From Tubulanus polymorphus (taxonomy: Eukaryota > Animalia > Nemertea): a DNA stretch of 64,000 bases. The position numbers and the translations under genes were made by a program. Position 1 is the stretch's first letter. Each line of letters starts with the position of its first letter. The notes below the pieces were generated by a model. That model was not told where the DNA came from, did not search any database, and was given only the letters and a program-made list of their open reading frames with translations. The DNA lies in contig NC_134034.1 of the NCBI RefSeq assembly GCF_964204645.1, forward strand, positions 9,498,962-9,562,961, read 5' to 3'. This document shows, in pieces, positions 53,566-64,000 of this stretch.

Positions 53566-54165
53566 CATGATTCTATTTTTAGCCTCGCTTAGACAGAACG
53601 TGCAAATAACACGAGACGACGCCACCGCGGTCTGCTGCCGCTCCGTGGTCACGTGACGCTTGCGACACGGCTGATCGACGCGACCTTGACACGACAGCAC
53701 CGCCGTCAAGTGAGAGATGTAACTAGCGGCCAGGCGTAAAGTTTCGATTTTAGAAAGTTTTCGATCTGCCGGTTCGGTCGGTATCAGCGAGCGTAAGCAC
53801 GAAAACGCCCCGTTGACGTTTTGAGTTCGGTCGCGTTCTTTAGCGTTCAACGAATTTCTGATCGGTGGCGGTCGAAGAAAATCCGTCGACGAATTTGAGG
53901 GTGAATTTATATCATGATTTTCACCGTTCGATAGTCGTTCCTCGGAGGTTCGATTCTCCGATTCACGCTGACGACACGATTTAAACCGTTTGGGGGCGCT
54001 GGTAAACGGAAAGCCGCCATGTTGTTCGACATGACTTAGTCTGCAATCTGATTGGTTGTTGATGCGGTGACAGATGAGCGTTCGCGTTTCTGATTGGTCG
54101 ACGACTGGATGACGTCGCGTGTCGTGAGGATTTCCGCCTATGTACTGGCTATGATGCCCATACAT
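53566..54165 (-). CDS. paraxis: Paraxis/Scleraxis-family bHLH transcription factor (TCF15-like), exon 1
   Basis: b[50 protein letters not shown] plus the family-typical C-terminal ICTFCLS. First ATG at 54165. Donor ATG|GTACGT at 53565. The terminal exon is not resolved. Confidence 0.9.
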
Positions 54166-55932
54166 TCTATTATCACAGTGATAACACGACAATCTTAAAG
54201 ATTGCGAATCGATTTCTTGAAACGAAAAATCTGGTTGTTTTTTGCTTTAATCCTATCATCAATCCATCGACTCTGACAGTTGCCTAACGATCGCACCTGA
54301 CGCTGAAAAATAAAACGTTACAAATATTAAATTTCGCTGACCCGTGTGAAATTTCGATGTTCTTCCACTTCACGACCACCATTCCCTAAAGATGGTATGC
54401 CCCCTAGATCCCGTATTTGATGACGTCATAGGAGGAATTTAGGTGACGACTATCTTTTATCGAAGTCTAATATAGATAAACTATCGCAGTTAAAAGTTTA
54501 AGATTCAAATACTCGAAATTATTTTGAGTAGTTGTAAAGTATGTTTAAGTTGGTTGATACTTGACTCTTATATTATAGAGTTTATATATTTATGAAAATG
54601 AGCCAATTTTGAATGAGAGTTTTTCTTTAACTCGCAACACCGGTAGATACCAGTCGTGGTTGGAACCGGGTCCACTTTCACAAAAGGATTAATTCGAATT
54701 ATTTATGTATCTAGCAAGTTGAATTATGAAAGCTAAAGTTTTTCATGAAATTCAGCCCACGGACTGCTGTTCCGTGCCCGCTAGGTTCGTAAATCGTGGC
54801 TTTTGAATTCAAAATGGTTACCTCTTAAAAAACGAAGGTTTTTTCGTCGAAAATCGATGTTGTTGTGTGTTGTCAGTAGTCCCGAATCCTATACCAACTC
54901 TGAATGAAGTAAATTGAAACAATGTTGCCGCGGCCCTTCTGCGCTGAATCTGGTATCCATGTACAATGTTGTTTCAGCGGACCTCTAAACAGTAGCCTGA
55001 ACACATAGAAACATAACCGGCAGATGTTACGCACGCCTCCCCCGTTCAACAGTTACTAACCATCGATCCATCGTCAAATTCCTCCGATCCACCACAACAT
55101 ATTGAAAATGTGCACCCATTATTGATACAAGCCCGTAGTAGCTAGGAATTTGAACGGGCAGCGGGTTCCTTCATCGTAAAGGGACAACATACGTCGCTCT
55201 CCTCCAACTCTTCATCTTTCTTTTATTATTGGACACTCAAATGAGATCATCAATTTCAAGTCCCTCCATTACATCGGCGCCTATCAAACAAGAGCAAAGC
55301 TTTAAACTTGAACCAAAAACTCATAATATATAATAATTGCCCATGGGTCAAGAAGTTTACCACAGCCTTTCGAGTTATGAGATGCTTGACAAAGTTCATA
55401 TTTTTTGAGATAATGATAATGGGATGCAATTTTTAGGGTACGGATAGATTCGATCCCGATTAGAGAAATGACACGAATCGCGAAGTCAAGCCAGAGCCAC
55501 GATACGACGTCAGCAACGTTACCGACAATTCCGTCAATTAGACCTAGACCGATTCCATAAAGCCTCGGACACAACAGTCGACAGCGATTTTATGATTTGA
55601 TCGCCGACAGACCCGACACACTGGCTGATTTCGTCGGCCGACGAACTCGGCGGAGGTCGCCATTTTGCTATCACGTAAATTGTCGAAGAGCCGTGATTGG
55701 CTGGTTAAGTATTTGGCTCGAGGCGAATGATCGCCGTATCCGGACATATTGGTCGATTCCGTCGCCGGCGACACAATCCACCAACATGTTGGATTCGGGC
55801 AATTTCGTCGGCCGAATCGCCGAAGGGATTGCCCGGAGACACAAGGCTATTTTACAGGCAATCGCCCAGTGCGTCCTCGGTTTTAGGCGATATCGCTCCC
55901 AGGCAGCCGCAGCCTCAGGCTACTAAGAGGGT

Positions 55933-57030
55933 CAATTCAATTCAATATTCAATATTCAATAAAATCTTTATTAATTGCGTAAAGTACAAGCTTTGTAGGA
56001 TGAAACAAGTTAATAAAGATGCAACACGACAATACAATGTAATTTACAAAACGCGACATAACATAACATTAACATAGCAACACACACAAAAAAGAGACCG
56101 GTAGCCCGTTATTTACACGTACAAGATGCAATACATAACAAAGGCACAGACGGTATGGCGCACGATTAATGAAACTGAGAAGAAAATACTATATTGATTC
56201 TATTTACAGTTGAGAGGATTATTAGCATATGATATTAAACCGTTAGATTAAATGGAAACAAATAGTATGACATTAAATGAAAGTAGTGTGAGGAATAGTT
56301 ACATTGATCGAATCTATAAGTTTATAAGCATCTCCCGTAAATTTTGCTTCGTTGATAAGTTTTTGGTTAAATTCTGCGTTATTGCTATTAAATATTTCAG
56401 ATAGTTCTTGGTCATTTTTAATTACATAATTGTTTCTTTTATCCGAGTATTTGGTACAGTGAAATAAAAAGATATGTATGTACATTTTGAGATAGAACGC
56501 CAGCTGTAAAATCTATGAAAGATTGTCATACAAGTATTATAATTACTTTGACGAAATAAATAATAATAATAATAATAATGATAAAAAGTATGTTTCTTCA
56601 TCAAGTACATTACAGTCTTTACAAATTGGTTTGTCTCGTTCTAACCCAAGATGTCGCCCTTTTTCCACCATAAGACTATGGGATGACATTCTAAGTTTGC
56701 ATAAACTTGATCGGTTTTTATAATCTCTGATGACTGTTAAGTAGTTCTCAAGTTTAAAATTACCTTTTAATCCCCTATAATATTTATATCGACTATGTTT
56801 ATCATCGTTAATTTGAGGTTTCCAAAAATTTACAAAACGATTTTGTAGTGCTGACTTAAGCTGGTTTATGCCCCCCCCCCAGATTTTCCCAGATATGAGT
56901 TCATCATACAGCTCCAGTATTTAGTAACAGCCAATAGAATATCTACAAAGATCGGGAACTCAAATTAATATTTCTGTTTATACAATATAGATTTAGAATA
57001 CACGTTTGGCAAGGAAAATGTGTTACTAAA
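55933..57030 (-). mobile_element. 5'-truncated non-LTR retrotransposon (LINE): ORF2 C-terminus, 3' UTR and tail
   Basis: Minus-strand frame from ~56870 reads ...YKYYRGLKGNFKLENYLTVIRDYKNRSSLCKLRMSSHSLMVEKGRHLGLERDKPICKDCNVLDEE..HIFLFHCTKYSDKR. This is the LRxSSHxLxxExGR...CxxC...H...C zinc-binding end typical of RTE-X-type ORF2. AATAAA plus an (ATTGA)n tail lies at 55975-55933. Confidence 0.8.
56482..56587 (+). mobile_element. Nested short retro-insertion (3' tail only) inside the LINE
   Basis: Ends in AATAAA(TAA)n and is flanked by the direct repeat gtatgt (56476-56481, 56588-56593). Confidence 0.55.
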
Positions 57031-57669
57031 CAGTCTATGGACGGGACTCCATAGGTGCGCGTCGCTCTGATTGGTTGTTGCGATGCATAGGGAACCCCGT
57101 TAATGAGGAATCTCCGTCAAAACGTCATAAATGTAGGTCATCGGATGTGTATGCCATAAAACCGAGGATCGGAAAAATCGGCCGTCAAAAATACCGTTTG
57201 CCCTCATACAAATCGGCACTACTATTGGTATAAAAAAAAACGTACCACCAAAAAAAACGGACGCACTCGCTCAGTGTCGGCATAGGTAAACCAAAAATAC
57301 ACATATACTTTTACGATTGCAATTGCCCTTTCTGAAAGTTCCACCAGGGGTCTAGTCTGAATACCAGTCGTCGTTACGGTTCCCTACAACCTCGTTGTTT
57401 GTGGCACGACGGCTAGGTTAGACTTGTGGTACACCAGCCAGTTACAGTAGCAAATAAGATAAACTTATTACTAATTACATCGATAGACTGCAGTGCAGTG
57501 TATAGCTAAGTCCATCATCGATTAATACACCACACTATGGTGTAGATGCAGTGAAAGGGGAAATATACATGAAACATCTAACTAAAATTAAATGTCCCGG
57601 AACATTTCTGTCAGGCGGAATGGGTTAATGGTGGCCATTTTTGGTTGAAGTAGATTCGTTAACTGTCTC

Positions 57670-57772
57670 AAGGTCGGGTGACCTATCACCAATTGTTGGG
57701 CAACTATGGCGTCTCCATAGGGTTCTTAATAATGCCGTGGATAGATACAAACAAACAAACAAACAAACAAAC
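57670..57772 (+). mobile_element. Probable SINE/LINE 3' fragment with (CAAA)n tail
   Basis: Short body ending in acaaacaaacaaacaaacaaacaaa. Confidence 0.35.
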
Positions 57773-59452
57773 GGCGTATTAATTTTCAACAAATTTAGAA
57801 TTTATTCTTTGTTGCTCTCTTGAAATTTTACAAAGGAAACAATTGATGAATGTACAAGATAATAAGGTGTCTACTCTTCTCAATCTGTCAACAGTCACCA
57901 TTCCTCAGGCATCAGCGGCGACACCTATAATTCGTCGCCTGCGCTACTAGAGACCGACCATTTATAAGTGTGCCATTTAGCGGAAAGACGGCGCGCGATC
58001 CGAGCCTATACATATATATCAGACGAAAACCTCAGGAATGGCGACCACAGAAACGCGCAAGAAATAAACGTTGATTATTCGAATCACGAAGCGTGATTGG
58101 ACCGATTTTTCGTTTAAAAAACATAATAAACAAAAACAGAAGCGACCGTTACGCTAAGCCCCGCTCCCTTTCCGTTTGCCCTTTGGTTACAATCAAACCT
58201 TTCTCTCTCATTCTCAATCGATTAAAATTATTTGATATTAAAAACACGTCTCCTCGTTATTTTCCGCTATATTGTTTATATTCCTATCATACCTATTTAT
58301 AATAATACGTATCAATAGATTTTACACAAAAAAAAACAAAAACAGTCGCGCCGAATATATCGCCAACAGGATAATGTTTAACTGTACAATGCAGTAGAGA
58401 ATAATATCATCGATTCTGTACATGGAGAGACCTGCGGAGTCAATCGTCTGAATGATTACTCCGCAGGAGAGACAAATACGTGTTCCGACAATATATTCGC
58501 GACGTCGACACGACGTCACGCGATCGCGTTCGACGGCCACGGAAGAATTGCGTAATGACGATGGCCAAAAAACCCGATTATTATTCTTTTTCAGTAGCAT
58601 TCCGTTTCTCGAGCCCGAACATACGTTATCATAATTATGGTGCGCTTTGAATAGATACATATATATACTATTATATTCATATACATATACATATATTTAT
58701 AAAAGGCTGGCAAAAAAATTTTAAATATTAATTGTGACAATTTTTGATCCCTTGTGTTGTGTAGTAATAGATAATAATAATAATAATAATGATTAATAAT
58801 AGAATGTCTAAATATCATCAATGGTTATATTATAATTAATTAATTATTATTGTTCAGCGTTTTTTATTAGTAGTGAGATAATATTAGTAAATATATTATT
58901 AATATTAATATTTTTCAATTAACGTATTTCTAATGATAATAATAATAATAATAATAACATTTCACCACGAGCGAAAAGAATGTACAAATTTTCGGTTATT
59001 ATTTTCAATAATGGTAATAATAATAATAATGATAATACGCATGGATACAACGGGGGCTTCGACACTGTACAAAAAGATTTCAAAAAATTAACGATTTCAT
59101 TTTCTGCTGTAAATGTTAGTTTTTTTTCCGCGCTAGTGGTAACAATAGGTTTTTAGTGCGCTTACGATAATCATAGATTTAATAATAACAGCGACGAACG
59201 GGTAAACGGAAAACAAGGCGCGGGACTTAGCGACACGGGATTATACGTACACACTTCCGGTTACGGAAATATCGACAACAGATGGCGGCGACCGACTCGC
59301 GAGCGCGCCACCTGTTGAGGAGAAACATTATAACATTTTGCAATTGCGATTAACCATTTTTTGCGTGCATTCAAATCAATAGAGATTATATAGTATATAT
59401 ATAATAAGGTATACATAGTGATCCAAGAGACTTTGTACATATATCAATTTTT

Positions 59453-59489
<37 letters not shown>

Positions 59490-59629
59490 ATACAAGTGCA
59501 GGATTACATATCATCATTACCGTGTAACAACCTTCATAGTTCAATTGCTAATATCTTAATTAACCAATTAATTATGGGCGTCGATACGATTATTAATTAA
59601 TTACCATCGTTCGATTAACTAAATTCCAA

Positions 59630-60015
59630 GACTCGGTTTCGCAGTCGTAAGTTAACTGTTAATTGAAATTTACGGTTAATTTACGACGAGTTAACTCCGC
59701 AAACTGCGGAACCGGGTCCCGGGTTTTGTATACGCCGGAGAAAGCCGAAAAAACCTTCGCGGGACGTCGAAAGTCGTTTAGCCTTCGGGTGAATACCGCG
59801 TACGACAACTTGTGACCACAGCTAGCCGAACCAATACCAGAATCCAGTTTCACAGTCATAAGTTAAGAGTCAACATAACCAGTTAACTCCGAGTCAAATC
59901 TCAACTCAAAACTGTGGATCTGGGTCCAGGATCTGGTTCCGCAGTTGTGAGTTAAAACTAGTTCATCGTCGATACTAAAACTCAAATCTCACCTCACAAC
60001 CGTGCAACTGGGTCC
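59630..60015. mobile_element. Three adjacent diverged copies of the gxtccagttccacagt palindromic MITE
   Basis: Each has a left arm ..ggttycgcagtcgt..gttaa and a right arm ..aactc..aactgyggaactgggtcc. Confidence 0.7.
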
Positions 60016-60714
60016 AAAGTTAAAACGCAATTTCAATTGTCACAGTGATATTCGTCTACCAGTAGTTAACTTAAACAGACTTTTAAGCAACTAGCCCCGG
60101 ATGTTTATTTTCCCGTATGTAACCGTCACGGGGCGGGAATAGGTCAGCGTGCGCCCTGCAAAAAAACCCCTTGATATCTATTGCATGATCGACGTAACTT
60201 AGTAATCGCAACAATTAAACCGACTTCAACACAAAAAAGCGAAAATTTCGATAGATTTATTTCGCGTACAAAATAAACAAATTTCGGTTTCGTGATTTTT
60301 TCCCTTCATTCCAATCAATTTACAACAATCAATATCATCAATTACTATCATAATCGTTTCGTAAATCAATTAATAGGATCGGTACATTCTCGTCGTGTCC
60401 ACATCGGCCAGTAGGGGGCGTGCTCAGTATAAACACTTAAGAATAATAGTTTATTTTTTGTTTAAATGTGAGATTTTATACCATACGTATATACCACTAA
60501 ACCTGAATTTAAAACACGCCCTGGACCTAGGTTCAATGCGCATGCTGGTTGCACCGAACTTAACCTAGGTTGAACATGCGTAAACTAAGATACGCAGTCA
60601 TAGGTCAGATCTGAAAACAACCAATAGAATTCGTGAGGTGACGCCTCAAAAGTTCGAGAAGAACGCACGAAAAAACACACAAAGCTGGGATCGGTGGAGC
60701 GTATGAGGGGTCGA

Positions 60715-60912
60715 GAACCTTCTTAGAACTACGTCGAGTCATAGAACTCTGGAGAGTTCAGGAACTCCCGAGATACTGGATGAATACGTCTGAGAGTCAG
60801 AGGAGTCAGTAACTCCTTAGTCTGGGGGGTCAAAAACCCCCGAGAGTCAGAGGAGTCGAGAACTCCTGTGAGTCAGATGAGTCAAACACTCCCGAGAGTC
60901 CAGAGGAGGCTA
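60715..60912 (+). repeat. Degenerate ~26-bp tandem repeat (gagagtcagaggagtcgagaactcc)
   Basis: About 6 diverged units. Confidence 0.6.
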
Positions 60913-63218
60913 GAATCTTTGGTAACTAAATAAAGCTTCATGGCACTATAGCAGGGGGGAGGGATTGAGAGGAGACAAGTCTCTATATGAATCTCATTTT
61001 ATACTATGTGGGAAAGAGAAAAAAAAACAAATTCGGATAAATTTTGATTATAAAGACACAATACCATACATACATACACACACACACAGCGACAAGGGGC
61101 GACCTCTATCTGCAACACTAGTAACTATATTCCATCGTATTTCTTTATGACTAATTATTAATAATGAATAAACCGGTTAAATAATAGGTGATTACACAAT
61201 ATTATATTATAATTATTGTATATTTGCAAACGTCACTTTCGGAGTTGTTTAGAACATCCTGTAGCAGACGTTTGTTTTTTGTACCTGAGTTTTATATAAT
61301 ATCAGCACCTGTGGTCATACCACGCCCCCTAGTGGCCCGTAGACAAATCAACGCGCGACGACCGATGAAAACACAATTTCATTTTTCGTTACGTTTTAAA
61401 AATCAAAGTATTTACAGAAAAGTCAGCGGATCGTAAGTTTCGAACGCGATGCCTCGGGCAAAAATCTACCGACCAGCTCCCTGCCTTTTCCTGTCCTAGG
61501 GCTTTCAAACATTTCGACAAAAATTACAATCCAACTCGAGAACATATCGGTAAAGATTAATTAGGATATAAACAGACCAAGAATATTGACCACTTATGAC
61601 TGTAATTGCTAGTTGCTTCTGTATAATATCGAACTATCAGTTACAGCGAACAATTAATTTTCTGGTGCCCTGAAGTTCATTGTAACGAGGTTCCACTTCC
61701 GAGGTGCTCGCTAAATTCAGAGAGGAGGCCGGGGTGTAAGCACGAAACAGGGACCCGAGACTGAACGAACGCAACCGCGATCGCTGACATAGTTTTAACA
61801 TAATCGCGTTACAGAAATAACAATTTTTTTCATCGTTTAAAAAGAAAAAAAAAACAAAACGCTGGAAGTTCGACAGGTATAACAAACGTTATGACAAAAC
61901 GCCCCACAAGAAAATACATTATCATTAATATCAATCATAATAATAATAATTATAATAATGATGACAAAGTTAACGGAGCGAGCGAAAAACATTTCTAAAA
62001 CGCGATAAGATCTTGGTTAGGTCTACAGGCGAGTATTCGGTTTAACGGTCCGATGCAATGAACCTAATGAGCTACCGTAACCACCATTATCATCATCTTC
62101 CGAAATCCGAATTGTTTGATTCCTGTATAAAGCGCCGCACCCAAAGCGAAATATCCCGTACCGAATTGCAAAATGTTCGGTACAACGCCACGAAGACGCA
62201 AGCTCGGCAATAAGCTAATATCTATTTTTTGTTTAATATACGATTATAATATAGTTTTGTATGTAATATGGGTTTACGATGCGTATAATAATTATATATA
62301 TATATTTATTCATTCATATATCGTAGTTAAATTCAATTCAATCGTAACAAGTTTATTTTCTATTTACAAAACGGAGAAGAATGTGTAAACCTGAGGCGTT
62401 GAACCCCCGGAAGAAACGAGCGCGACTGTTCTCGAAGACCGCGCGAACGTATAATCGGAAAAGTGGTCGATGTAATCATTTTCGGACTCAACGCCGGACT
62501 GAAATCCGCGCGTCGAAGAACAAATCCGATCGTTCGTCGACCACGAACGATTGAGCGAGATCCGATTCCGAGACTAAATTTCCAATTATTTTCGACGCCG
62601 TCTTTTTTTTTTTAATGAAAAAAAAAAAATGAACGACGACGACGAATTCACGCGCGTAGCTACGTGGAATATTTCGAACGACTGTCCGCGCGACGAAGAA
62701 AAACCTCCCCCAAAAAAATAGCGCGTCGCATTATACGAAGCGTTCTTCACGAAATCATAATAATAATCATGATAATAATAATAATCATAATCATAATCAA
62801 CTTGTATTTTTTAAGATCCCTGCATTTCGAAGTAATCGATGCTTCACGAATAAGACACCAGGCGTCACCACAGACACAGTCTCACGTCGGCTAGACGCGG
62901 GAAGCATAGTTCGCGAATACATCTATCACGCAATATATTCATATTTTCTAAGACCTGATTCCGTTTTTATTTTAAATAGGGCGCGACAAAAAATGTTAGC
63001 CGTAAACCGACCAATCGCGTTATCAGCATTTAGTATCACATGACCCGAGGTTTGTTTTTCATATCATCGTACTTTTTTTGAATAATAATATTTAACATTT
63101 CTATTTCGTTTATCAATAATAATCGTAATAATAATAATAATAATAATAGTCGTAGTACGGTAGATTAAGCTTAAGTCAACTCTGATCATGTCAGAATACA
63201 CCGTTTATCTCACAGATC

Positions 63219-63896
63219 ACCGTTTAACTCAAGAGATAACCGTTTAACTCAAGAGATAACCGCTTAACTCAAGAGATAACCGTTTAACTCAAGAGATAAC
63301 CGTTTAACTCAAGAGATAACAGTTTAACTCAAGAGATAACCGTTTAACTCAAGAGATAACCGTTTAACTCAAGAGATAACCGTTTAACTCAAGAGATAAC
63401 CGTTTAACTCAAGAGATAACCGTTTAACTCAAGAGATAACCATTTAACTCAAGAGATAACCGTTTAACTCAAGAGATAACTGTTTAACTCAAGAGATAAC
63501 CGTTTAACTCAAGAGATAACCGTTTAACTCAAGAGATAACCGTTTAACTCAAGAGATAACGGCTTAACTCAAGAGATGACTGTTCAACTCTAGAGATAAC
63601 TGTTTAACTCAAGAGATAACCGTTTAACTCAAGAGATAACCGCTTAACTCAAGAGATAAAAGTTCAACTCAAGAGATAACCATTTAACTCAAGAGATAAC
63701 CGTTTAACTCAAGAGATAAAAGTTTAACTCAAGAGATAACCGTTGAACTCAAGAGATAACTGCTTAACTCAAGAGATAACCGTTTAACTCAAGAGATAAC
63801 TGCTTAACTCAAGAGATAACTGTTTAACTGAAGAGATAACCGTTTAACTCCAGAGATAACCGTTTAACTCAAGAGATAACCGCTTAACTCAAGATA
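63219..63896 (+). repeat. 20-bp minisatellite (cgtttaactcaagagataac) x ~34
   Basis: Directly visible, three units per line, high identity. Confidence 0.98.
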
Positions 63897-64000
63897 TTTT
63901 CATGGTCGTGAAAGACCCGACTCGAGCGAATTCTACCGTGCACGGCAATTTTCATCAACGAAACTTGGAATCACGATCGACTGCTTACTACAATCACCTT

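Noticed and set aside
63219-63896. CRISPR-like array (also considered for 5575-6430, 25978-26169, 29197-29740 and 46551-47107)
   Set aside because: Units are contiguous with no unique spacers, there are no cas genes, and the context is eukaryotic.

Overview
This is eukaryotic, invertebrate-animal genomic DNA: AT-rich, gene-sparse, CpG not depleted, with GT-AG introns and dense short repeats. The taxon cannot be fixed from sequence alone; a marine bilaterian is plausible. Four protein-coding genes are supportable. (1) A 3-exon single-pass membrane protein with PPxY motifs and a ~28-copy 10-aa acidic repeat (3539-6487, +). (2) An intronless class I SAM-dependent methyltransferase resembling histamine N-methyltransferase (7696-8586, +). 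(3) An intronless aminergic class A GPCR, 5-HT1-like (36165/36240-37475, +). (4) A Paraxis/Scleraxis (TCF15-like) bHLH gene (exon 1 at 54165-53566, -). The rest is non-coding: several MITE families with TIRs/TSDs, a tRNA-derived SINE, a 5'-truncated LINE with a nested retro-insertion, and many mini/microsatellites. The most notable structures are a 39-bp minisatellite that matches one arm of a palindromic MITE, a foldback element holding copies of the neighbouring gene's coding repeat, and repeat-borne CTCF-like motif arrays in convergent orientation. No CRISPR, rRNA or true tRNA gene was seen. Most short ORFs in the supplied track are spurious. All homology calls come from motif recognition by eye, not from database searches.
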